Shown here: in pieces, positions 26,974 through 35,189 of the stretch
Layout of the letters: every line of letters starts with the position of its first letter
Position numbering within the stretch: the first letter of the stretch is position 1
NCBI GenBank assembly: GCA_045598675.1
Contig: JAZLMO010000074.1
Span: forward strand, 1,819-65,818
DNA from: Sphaerochaetaceae bacterium
GTDB lineage: Bacteria > Spirochaetota > Spirochaetia > Sphaerochaetales > Sphaerochaetaceae
Length of the DNA stretch: 64,000 bases
Reading direction: 5' to 3'
Translations under genes and position numbers: made by a program
Notes under the pieces: generated by a model
Told to the model about the DNA's origin: nothing
The model's input: the letters and a program-made list of their open reading frames with translations, nothing else
Database searches by the model: none

Positions 26974-28334
26974 TGAAATCAGCATCAAGATTAAGATCAA
27001 TTATTGTCTTACTTGTTATTGCAATAGCAGTAAGAATGTTTGTCGGATATGTTTTCTACAGCAACGGATACGAAAGTATTGTGGACGATTCTCTCAGTTA
27101 TACCGGTTTGGCTGAAGACATTGTGAATAAGACTGTCTTAAAGCCGGAAAGTACGTCATCCAGAACTCTGGGATATCCTCTGATAATTGCATTGTGCATG
27201 AAGTGTATGGGCAGTAATTATATGTTGACCCTTACTCTTGTTCAGAATTTTTTCAACATTCTGTGTGTTTTTGCGGCCTATGAGATTGTAAGACTTCTGA
27301 CAGATAATGAAAAAGTATCATTTATTGCAGGGCTGATAGTTGCGCTTGATGTTCACAACATCTACTTCAATTTTATTGTCTTGACAGATTGTGTGACACA
27401 ATCCGTAACAATGATCGGTTTCCTGTTCTTTGTCAGATTGCTTCTGGATTTGAAATATGATTGCAAAATAGGTTGGGATTTATTTTTGTCCAGCATATTC
27501 ATGGCTTACGGGGTATTGTGCAGACCTGCTCAAATGTTCCTGCCATTCTGTCTTGGAATAGGAATGATAGTTGCAGGGTTTGTTTATAAACAGAAAAAGA
27601 AAATTTTCATCATGGTATTTACCGTTTTCATTTTCAGCCTGGCAGTAATAATCTTATGGAGCTACAGAAATTATATTTTGGGAAGGGGATTCTCTTATTC
27701 TGATATAAGTGTCCATAATATGTACCGCTATAATTCTGTAGTAGTTTTTGCCAAACAAAACAATCTTTCATATTATGAAGCATTTGATATGTTCAAATAC
27801 GGCAAAGATCCCGGACTTGCACCGTATCTGAAAACAATGACATATAATGAAGCGATAAAAGCACGTGCCAAAGAATTGATTTTGTCGGATGTGCCGTATT
27901 ACATTCAATGCTGCGCAAAAGATGCTCTCTACTATCTGTTCTATCCGGGTATTATGGATTGGCCTGCATTCAATGAATCTGTTCAGGATATTATCGGTGT
28001 CCTTAAATCAAGCGGTTTATCTGTTGAGACAGCAAAAATATTACTTAAACCACACAATCTGATTGCCTGTTCATTAATCGGAATTGATGTGTTCGTATTA
28101 TTTGCTTTCTTTGTAAGTTCGTGTATAGGACTGGTAAAGTTATTCATTAAAGAATGGGTAGTTGCTTCATTGTTTACCGGAGTATTTTTGTATAACCTTG
28201 TTGTTTCCGTTCAACCGGTTACAATCGGATCATATCCGAGATTCAGATTGACCACATGGATTATTACAGTTGTTTTGGCGGTAATCTGTTTTTGTAAAAA
28301 GGGAAGACTTCAGGACAAGAGCAGTATGGTATAA
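26973..28334 (+). CDS. Polytopic GT-C type glycosyltransferase (ArnT/PMT, GT39/GT83-like)
   Basis: 453 aa and multi-TM. An early loop carries an acidic motif (VDDSLSY). Position directly after GtrA (ATGA overlap) is typical for GT-C enzymes that use lipid-linked sugars. Confidence 0.6.
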   Translation: MKSASRLRSIIVLLVIAIAVRMFVGYVFYSNGYESIVDDSLSYTGLAEDIVNKTVLKPESTSSRTLGYPLIIALCMKCMGSNYMLTLTLVQNFFNILCVFAAYEIVRLLTDNEKVSFIAGLIVALDVHNIYFNFIVLTDCVTQSVTMIGFLFFVRLLLDLKYDCKIGWDLFLSSIFMAYGVLCRPAQMFLPFCLGIGMIVAGFVYKQKKKIFIMVFTVFIFSLAVIILWSYRNYILGRGFSYSDISVHNMYRYNSVVVFAKQNNLSYYEAFDMFKYGKDPGLAPYLKTMTYNEAIKARAKELILSDVPYYIQCCAKDALYYLFYPGIMDWPAFNESVQDIIGVLKSSGLSVETAKILLKPHNLIACSLIGIDVFVLFAFFVSSCIGLVKLFIKEWVVASLFTGVFLYNLVVSVQPVTIGSYPRFRLTTWIITVVLAVICFCKKGRLQDKSSMV

Positions 28335-28337
28335 GTT

Positions 28338-29174
28338 TCAGACAGTTTCTGCTGAAAGCGGAGTTTCCAACAAACTGGGATTTGCCAGATATGTTTTGAA
28401 TTTTGCAAAAGCCTTTGCAAAGTACTTTCCGTCGCAGATTCGCTCATCCATAACTATTCCAAGGGGAAGACATGTTTTGTGAACAATTTCATTCTTTTCC
28501 CGGAAAGGAACTTCACGCATATTACCCATTGTTATGAACACACTTGTGGTTCCGAAGTCGTATATGTGGTGATAAATATGGTTTGTTCTTATGGAAGCGA
28601 GGTTGGAAATAAACAGACTTGTATGAAACGGACTTAACTCAATGATTTTCTTCGGAAGCATACCGATGCGGTCCATAAAACGGAACAGCTTTACTCCGAT
28701 TCTCAGCAAACCCGGTGTATTTATCAGAAATCTTGCCATCTTATCAGTATTGTTTGTACTTGTGATTTTGCTTTCCTGATTGATACGTTCTCTTAACTTG
28801 CGGTCAACATCAAAGATTGTGTCATTGTAATCAAGTTTTACCTTAATGGTTGTACTGTCGTTATCATCTACACTGCCGCGTAATACTACCATGGAAATAT
28901 AGAAACCTTTACGGTCGTAAACTTTTTTATTGGAAATAAACCTGTTGAGTTTGGGGAACAGGGCACATATTCTGAGATATGCGGTGATTAAAACAGCCAT
29001 ATGGCTGATTGCAAGATTTTCTCTTCTGTTCTTACTGATGTATTTCTTTATGGGATCTTCAGGAACATCAATAGTAATCATGTTCATTGAGTCATGTCTG
29101 TTTACCATAAGATGTGGGATTACTGCATATAACAAATCGACATCTTTTGCTCTTTTCCCGTCACTTCTAGCCAT
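28338..29174 (-). CDS. Stand-alone 2-oxoacid dehydrogenase E2 / CAT-fold acyltransferase-like protein
   Basis: The C-terminal block LPLGIVMDERICDGKYFAKAFAKFKTYLANPSLL aligns by eye to the E2 catalytic motif (DHRxxDG...F...le.P), but with Glu at the catalytic His position. Confidence 0.55.
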   Translation of the reverse strand: MARSDGKRAKDVDLLYAVIPHLMVNRHDSMNMITIDVPEDPIKKYISKNRRENLAISHMAVLITAYLRICALFPKLNRFISNKKVYDRKGFYISMVVLRGSVDDNDSTTIKVKLDYNDTIFDVDRKLRERINQESKITSTNNTDKMARFLINTPGLLRIGVKLFRFMDRIGMLPKKIIELSPFHTSLFISNLASIRTNHIYHHIYDFGTTSVFITMGNMREVPFREKNEIVHKTCLPLGIVMDERICDGKYFAKAFAKFKTYLANPSLLETPLSAETV

Positions 29175-29291
29175 TCATTTTTCTTCCATAACTGTAAAAG
29201 ATGAAAATATTTTATATAAACATGAATTGATATACAAGAATTTTTTTAAGTCCATTGTTCTATTTTCAAAGAAAGATTATGCTATTGGGCG

Positions 29292-30689
29292 ATGACAAGT
29301 GCAAAAGAAAAAACAGAGCTGTTTGAGAATATGCCTGTAAAAAGGGCAATTATTGCCATGGCTATCCCTACAATAATCTCTCAGCTGATAAATCTTATTT
29401 ACAATATTGTAGACACTTTTTTTATAGGCAGAACAGGAAATGCCTATATGGTTGCTGCCGTATCGGTTTCTTATACACTTTTTGTGATGACAATTGCATT
29501 GGCAAACCTGTTCGGTCTGGGCGGCGGAAGTCTTATGGCACGCCTTGCAGGAAAAGGCGAATATGATAAAGCTAAGAGCGTCAGCGCTTACAGTTTTTAC
29601 GGTGCAATAAAAATTGCATTGTTCTACGCGGTTTTAATACTTCTTTTTGCAGATCCTCTTCTGAGAATTCTCGGAGCAACAGATGAAACAATAGGATATG
29701 CAAAACAATATGTCTACACAGTTGTTGTTGCAGGAGATGTCCCTGTAATTCTTTCTGCTGTACTTGCACATCTTTTGAGAAATGCAGGCTTTTCAAAGCA
29801 GGCCAGTATCGGATTGAGTATGGGTGGAATTCTTAACATTCTGCTCGACCCTTTGTTCATGTTTGTTATTCTGCCTGATGGAATGGAAGTATTCGGAGCC
29901 GCACTTGCAACTCTGATTTCAAATATATGTGCATGTACATATCTGTTTGTAACATTCGGTAAATACGGTAAAACAACTCAGCTTTGCAAAGATATCAAAC
30001 AGGCGAAACTTCTGGAAAAAACTGAAAGACACGAACTGTTTGCGGTAGGAGTTCCTTCTGCTGTTCTCACAGGGCTGTATGATTTGGCAAATATGTTTCT
30101 CAATGCAAATATGGCCACCTATGGAGCCGAAGCAGTTGCAGCGCTGGGAATAGTATTAAAGGTCGAACGTTTGCCTAATGCAGTATGTTTGGGTTTGTGT
30201 CAGGGAATGATGCCTATAATTGCCTATAACTTTACTTCAGGAAACAGAAAGAGAATGAATGAAGTCATAAAAACTGCAACTCTCTGGGGATTAATTTTCT
30301 GTATGTTTTCAGTCGCTTTGTTTGAGACATTTGCCAATCAGCTTACAGGTATATTCTGTAACACCAAAGCATCAACTGCCCATGGTGCAGTTGAAACACT
30401 GGCCTATGCGGCATTTTTTCTGAGAGTCCGCTGTCTCGGAGGACCTCTTCAGTTTATGAATTACAGAAGTTCTTTCTGTATGCAGGCAATGGGTAACGGA
30501 AGGGATACATTGATTCATGCGATTGTCCGTGAGCTGTTTTTCTATATCCCGTTTATTTTCCTGTTGAAAGCATTGTTCGGAATAAACGGACTTGTGGGTT
30601 CACTTATTGCCGGAGAAACCTGCGGAATGATTACCGCAATGATTCTGCTTAACCGATGGCTGAAAAAAAACAATGAAGAAAAACAATAA
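29292..30689 (+). CDS. MATE family efflux transporter
   Basis: MPVKRAIIAMAIPTIISQLINLIYNIVDTFFIGRTG N-terminal signature in a 12-TM profile. Confidence 0.88.
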   Translation: MTSAKEKTELFENMPVKRAIIAMAIPTIISQLINLIYNIVDTFFIGRTGNAYMVAAVSVSYTLFVMTIALANLFGLGGGSLMARLAGKGEYDKAKSVSAYSFYGAIKIALFYAVLILLFADPLLRILGATDETIGYAKQYVYTVVVAGDVPVILSAVLAHLLRNAGFSKQASIGLSMGGILNILLDPLFMFVILPDGMEVFGAALATLISNICACTYLFVTFGKYGKTTQLCKDIKQAKLLEKTERHELFAVGVPSAVLTGLYDLANMFLNANMATYGAEAVAALGIVLKVERLPNAVCLGLCQGMMPIIAYNFTSGNRKRMNEVIKTATLWGLIFCMFSVALFETFANQLTGIFCNTKASTAHGAVETLAYAAFFLRVRCLGGPLQFMNYRSSFCMQAMGNGRDTLIHAIVRELFFYIPFIFLLKALFGINGLVGSLIAGETCGMITAMILLNRWLKKNNEEKQ

Positions 30690-31467
30690 AAAGTTAGTAC
30701 TGATTCTTATTATCCTGATTGTTTTTCTCGTTTATTCCTGGGTAGTACATGAAAGACAGGCAAGTGTTCAGAATATAGAGGAACTTAACCTTGAAGAACT
30801 TGCAATTCCAAAAAATGACGGCAGGAATCTTGTAGGTCACGTAGGCTATACACTTTGTTATTCTGAAGAACATGAACAACCGTTGTGGGTTGCTTATGTT
30901 CTTACTCCACAGGAAGTGCATGCACAATCTGTGAAAAGAAAAGACAACTTCAGATCAGATCCTGCCGTACCGACAGGTTCTGCAGTTCTCTCAGATTATA
31001 AATCCTCCGGTTATGACAGAGGTCATATGGCTCCTTTTGCAGATTTGTCCTGGTCTGAAGAATCCGGCAGTGATTCATTTTATCTTTCAAATATGTCTCC
31101 GCAGAACGGCTCACTAAACAGGGGAAAGTGGGCAGAATTGGAAGCTTTGGTCAGAACGTTTGCAGACAAGGAATCAATGTGTGTAGTAACAGGACCGGTT
31201 CTGACTGATGGCCCTTACAAAACAATAGGTAAAAACAAAGTCAGTGTACCCAATTATTATTACAAGGTAATCTTGGATTATGTAGGTAATGAGATTAAGG
31301 CAATAGGTTTTATTTTGCCGAATGAAAAATGTGAAGAAGATCTGTCTTATTATGCCGTGAGTGTTGACGAAGTTGAAAATATTACAGGTCTGGATTTTTT
31401 CTTTATTCTTGAAGATTCGATTGAGGAAAAACTTGAATCGGAATATAACTTCAGTGACTGGTTATAG
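30673..31467 (+). CDS. Secreted/membrane-anchored DNA/RNA non-specific endonuclease (Serratia NucA/EndoG family)
   Basis: N-terminal anchor KKLVLILIILIVFLVY, catalytic His-Me finger DRGHMAP, and NMSPQ...N downstream. Confidence 0.85.
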   Translation: MKKNNKKLVLILIILIVFLVYSWVVHERQASVQNIEELNLEELAIPKNDGRNLVGHVGYTLCYSEEHEQPLWVAYVLTPQEVHAQSVKRKDNFRSDPAVPTGSAVLSDYKSSGYDRGHMAPFADLSWSEESGSDSFYLSNMSPQNGSLNRGKWAELEALVRTFADKESMCVVTGPVLTDGPYKTIGKNKVSVPNYYYKVILDYVGNEIKAIGFILPNEKCEEDLSYYAVSVDEVENITGLDFFFILEDSIEEKLESEYNFSDWL

Positions 31468-31477
31468 AAGGAAGAAT

Positions 31478-32263
31478 ATGCTGAACGAAGTAGAAAAATC
31501 GGTTCGTCAGGCTGCTGCTTTGGCTGACAGATCCGGTATTGAAATTAAAGAAAAGGGTTCAAGCTCGAATATTGTTACATCTGCAGATATTGCCGTTCAG
31601 GAATATCTGTGCCGGGAACTTCATACTTTGTTGCCTGAAGCCGGGTTTTATTGCGAAGAAGAAAATCTGAAGGATACCGAAAGTGAATATATTTGGGTAA
31701 TAGATCCTATTGACGGAACAATGAATTTTTCACGCGGTATTTCTGACAGTTGTATTTCCGTAGGCCTTATCAAAGATAAAAAACCTGTTTTGGGAGTTGT
31801 TTTCATTCCTTCCAGAGATGAGTTGTTCAAGGCTGAAATAGGTAATGGTGCATATCTGAACGGAAAACCTATTCATGTGTCAAAAAGACCGTATAACGAA
31901 GCTTTGCTTTGTACTGCTACCAGCACATACAGAAAAGAATATGCTAAGACTTGTTTTGATATCATTGAGAATGTTTTCTATGAAATAAATGATTTCAGAA
32001 GATTCGGTTCATGTGCTGCAGAGTTATGTTATCTTGCCTGCGGAAAATGTGAATTGTATTTTGAATTCAGTATCCAACCATGGGATTATGCCGGAGGTTA
32101 TGCAATATTGAAGGAAGCCGGCGGTGTACTGACAGATTTGCACAATAAAGACCTTACCTTTGATCAGCCTGTGCTGTTAATCGGTGCCAATACCATGGAA
32201 AATCATAAAAGGCTTTCAGACACTATTTCAAAATTTGTATCTGAAAAGCCTTATGTAGATTGA
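31478..32263 (+). CDS. Inositol monophosphatase family protein
   Basis: Metal-binding motifs EE...WVIDPIDGTMNF and WDYAGG. ATG at 31478 is used because the tracked start at 31361 overlaps the nuclease gene. Confidence 0.85.
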   Translation: MLNEVEKSVRQAAALADRSGIEIKEKGSSSNIVTSADIAVQEYLCRELHTLLPEAGFYCEEENLKDTESEYIWVIDPIDGTMNFSRGISDSCISVGLIKDKKPVLGVVFIPSRDELFKAEIGNGAYLNGKPIHVSKRPYNEALLCTATSTYRKEYAKTCFDIIENVFYEINDFRRFGSCAAELCYLACGKCELYFEFSIQPWDYAGGYAILKEAGGVLTDLHNKDLTFDQPVLLIGANTMENHKRLSDTISKFVSEKPYVD

Positions 32264-32268
32264 TTAAA

Positions 32269-32829
32269 TTACAGTTTCTTAAAAGGCTCAACACTGCTTG
32301 AGGCAATTTCAAAGACAAAGTCAGCCATGGTTTTAGGGGACTGGACAGAACCGGTATCTATCCATTTTTTGACAATTGACATACTTCCGAAGAAAAGAAA
32401 GCCGAAAAGCATTTCCATTTTTTCATCATCAAGGATTATGTGATCTTTGATAAACTCTGAAATTACAATTTTTTCAATTTTGTTAAAAAGATTCTCCATG
32501 AATCCGAAATCGCCGTTTGCTGAGAGCAGAAGACGGTAAGTACTTCCGTATTTATTTATGTTTTCAAACAATTCACAGATTACTTCTTTACTGTGCAACT
32601 GAAGATTCATTCCGTTGAGTAATTCTTCTTCCAAATCATTTTCCATCATAATAAGAACATCATGAACCGTATTGAAATGACTGTAGAATGTATTTCTGTT
32701 GATATCTGCCTTGTTACATAATTCGGTAATGGAAATCTGATCTGCAGGTTTTTCATGCATCAGTTCGATTAATGCTTCTTTCAGAAACATTTTTGTATAT
32801 TTGATTCTTTTATCTTCTTTATTTCTCAT
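32269..32829 (-). CDS. TetR/AcrR family transcriptional regulator
   Basis: N-terminal HTH (ISITELCNKADINRNTFYSHF), divergent from the TolC/MFP/RND operon. ATG at 32829. Confidence 0.85.
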   Translation of the reverse strand: MRNKEDKRIKYTKMFLKEALIELMHEKPADQISITELCNKADINRNTFYSHFNTVHDVLIMMENDLEEELLNGMNLQLHSKEVICELFENINKYGSTYRLLLSANGDFGFMENLFNKIEKIVISEFIKDHIILDDEKMEMLFGFLFFGSMSIVKKWIDTGSVQSPKTMADFVFEIASSSVEPFKKL

Positions 32830-32911
32830 CTTTGAACCCACTCCAGTTATGCACAAATATTTGCCGATTTGTACATTATTATGTAAATTTAGTAAAAAGC
32901 GTAATCTAACT

Positions 32912-32950
32912 AACTGTATGTTAACGAACTGTATATTGATTAAAATACAG
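32912..32950. promoter_or_regulatory. Candidate TetR operator region (repeated AACTGTAT elements)
   Basis: AACTGTAT at 32912-32919 and 32927-32934, with an inverted ATACAG at 32945-32950, in the divergent tetR / RND-operon intergenic region. Confidence 0.25.
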
Positions 32951-32991
32951 AATGTCTGTTATTAGTTTCACTTGATTATGGAGATTTGTCA

Positions 32992-34278
32992 ATGAAAAGA
33001 AGTAGATTCTTACTTATTGTTTTGTTGGTCTTGAGCTGTATGATTCCTGCATTTGCAAGAGATCTTTCGCTGGATGAAGCAGTTTCGGATGCATTAAGGA
33101 ACAATCTTCAGATGAAAAGTTCGGAAATTGATCTGAAGATGGCTGAAATGGCATACAAGTACAGTTATAACACACTGGTGCCCACTGCAAATGCAACAGC
33201 TGCTTTTTCAAGATCCAATGATGCAAAGACCATGTTGGATTCTTCCAAGAATGAAGTATCGTTCGTATATGGAATATCAGGTTCCTGGACTTTCAATCCG
33301 GCAATGATTACATCAATAAGGGTTGCTTATCAGAATTACAACAACGGGCAGATAAGTTATGAACAGGCTGCAGATCAGATGAAGCAGAACATCAGAAAAC
33401 TTTATTTCTCAATAGTTCTTCAGCAGGATGCACTTACAATTAAAGAAGATGCTCTTGAAATTCAGAAAAACAGATATTTACAGGCTCAAACAGACTATGA
33501 AAACGGTTTGATTCCTGAAATTGCATATCTTCAAACCCGTGTTGCCTATGAAAATGCAAAACCTTCATACGAAGAAGCAAAAATAGGTCTGGACTCTTCA
33601 AAGCGTCAGCTTGCATTCCTTTTGGGTTACGATATAAATGAAGATCTGAACCTGACAACTCCAATTGAGCATTCATTTGTTGAAGTAAACGTAAATGATG
33701 CGTTGGACTGCGTTTCAAATCGTTATGACATCAGAGCTCTTGAGCTATCCGGTAAACTGTTAAAACTTCAAAAAGAAGCCCTTATAGAGTCAACATTTCT
33801 TCCAAGCATTTCACTTTCCGCTTCCTGGCAACCTACTCTTGCAGACATTGACTGGAAAGGAAAGGATTATTGGATTGATAACGGTTCTATCTCAGGGGCA
33901 GTTGTGTGGAATCTTACCAATCTTCTGCCTTCTTCATCACAATATAAGAGTCTGTTTGATTTGAAAAACAGTCAGAAAAAGTTTGATAACGGAAAACAGA
34001 TGGCTTATGACAATGCAAGAATGGAAATAATCAATCTTGTTGATAAGCTGAATCAGGCAAAGGGAAGTCTTGTTTCTTCAGATGGAACAGTTGCGCTTGC
34101 TCAGAAAAACTATGACGCAAGGCTTGTTTCATTCAACGAAGGATCATCTGATTATTTGGATCTCCAGGATTCAGAAAACCAGCTGTCTCAGGCTAAACTC
34201 GGAAGACTGTCCAATAAGTTTAATTATATAGCTGCGTTGATAGACCTAGAAAGTGCAACAGGTCTGAAACTGTTTTGA
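32992..34278 (+). CDS. TolC-family outer membrane efflux protein (OMF), copy 2 (close paralog of 19001-20272)
   Basis: Signal peptide ...LVLSCMIPAFA, then LSLDEAVSDALRNNLQMK. It is colinear with copy 1 along the full length, including a 38-bp identical DNA stretch (33799-33836 = 19799-19836). Confidence 0.88.
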   Translation: MKRSRFLLIVLLVLSCMIPAFARDLSLDEAVSDALRNNLQMKSSEIDLKMAEMAYKYSYNTLVPTANATAAFSRSNDAKTMLDSSKNEVSFVYGISGSWTFNPAMITSIRVAYQNYNNGQISYEQAADQMKQNIRKLYFSIVLQQDALTIKEDALEIQKNRYLQAQTDYENGLIPEIAYLQTRVAYENAKPSYEEAKIGLDSSKRQLAFLLGYDINEDLNLTTPIEHSFVEVNVNDALDCVSNRYDIRALELSGKLLKLQKEALIESTFLPSISLSASWQPTLADIDWKGKDYWIDNGSISGAVVWNLTNLLPSSSQYKSLFDLKNSQKKFDNGKQMAYDNARMEIINLVDKLNQAKGSLVSSDGTVALAQKNYDARLVSFNEGSSDYLDLQDSENQLSQAKLGRLSNKFNYIAALIDLESATGLKLF

Positions 34279-34285
34279 GGTGAAT

Positions 34286-35188
34286 ATGAATAAGGAATTT
34301 AATAAAAAGAAAGTAATTATTATAGGTGTTGTAATACTTGCAGTCCTGTGTGTTCTGGGAATTGCAGGTAAGGGGAAAAAGATCGAGAATATCGATTCAG
34401 AGGAACAGGTTACAGCAGTGCAGGTTTCTGAAGTAAAAAAGGGAACTGTAACAGATTATCAGAAGTTCGGAGGAACTGTTACTGCAAGGGATTCTGTTGC
34501 TGTCCTTCCTGATACACAAGGTAAAATTGTGGAAATTCTTGTCCGTGCCGGAGATTATGTAGAAAAAGATCAGGTTATCGGAAAAATAGATGCATCAAGG
34601 GCAGGACAGACATATAAATTAAGTCCTGTAAAATCTCCTATATCAGGTACAATTACTCAGGTCAATGCAGTTGTGGGTTCTTCTGCATCTCCTGCTTCTC
34701 CGTTTGCAGTTGTTCAGACACTTGATGATCTTGAAATATCTTTCAGTGTTATTGAACGTTTTGTAACGAAAATTGCTGAAGGCTATGATGTTCTGATTAC
34801 ATTTGATGCAATTGAAGATGAAGAATTTGATGCATATGTATCTCATGTAAATCCCACACTTGATACTATGACCAGAACAATGAGTGCAAAGGCAAAACTA
34901 TGTACTGAAGATTCAAGAGTCAAAGCAGGAATGTTTGCCAGACTTAACGTCATAACTCAAGTAAAAGATAACGTTCTTGTAATTCCTTCAGAATGTGTAT
35001 CCATGTCCGATAATGAGAATATTGTATTCACTGTTGTCAATGGGAAAGCAGTTAAAACAGTTGTTACCACCGGAATAAAAGACGGCGGTAATGTTGAAAT
35101 TACCAGTGGTCTCAAACAGGGTGACAGTGTTATTTCAGTTGGCCAGGGACTTGTATCCGATGGTCAGAGTGTTAAGGTTGTAAACTGA
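34286..35188 (+). CDS. Efflux RND periplasmic adaptor subunit
   Basis: Membrane anchor, lipoyl hairpin (VRAGDYVEKDQVIGKID...SPISGTITQVN) and a beta-barrel/MP domain. ATG at 34286 follows GAGG, and a GTG at 34280 is also possible. Confidence 0.85.
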   Translation: MNKEFNKKKVIIIGVVILAVLCVLGIAGKGKKIENIDSEEQVTAVQVSEVKKGTVTDYQKFGGTVTARDSVAVLPDTQGKIVEILVRAGDYVEKDQVIGKIDASRAGQTYKLSPVKSPISGTITQVNAVVGSSASPASPFAVVQTLDDLEISFSVIERFVTKIAEGYDVLITFDAIEDEEFDAYVSHVNPTLDTMTRTMSAKAKLCTEDSRVKAGMFARLNVITQVKDNVLVIPSECVSMSDNENIVFTVVNGKAVKTVVTTGIKDGGNVEITSGLKQGDSVISVGQGLVSDGQSVKVVN

Positions 35189-35189
35189 T

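Noticed and set aside
31361-31477. Long N-terminal extension of the inositol monophosphatase ORF
   Set aside because: The extension overlaps the 3' end of the nuclease gene in another frame and is Leu/Lys/Arg-rich nonsense. The conserved family sequence begins at the ATG at 31478.
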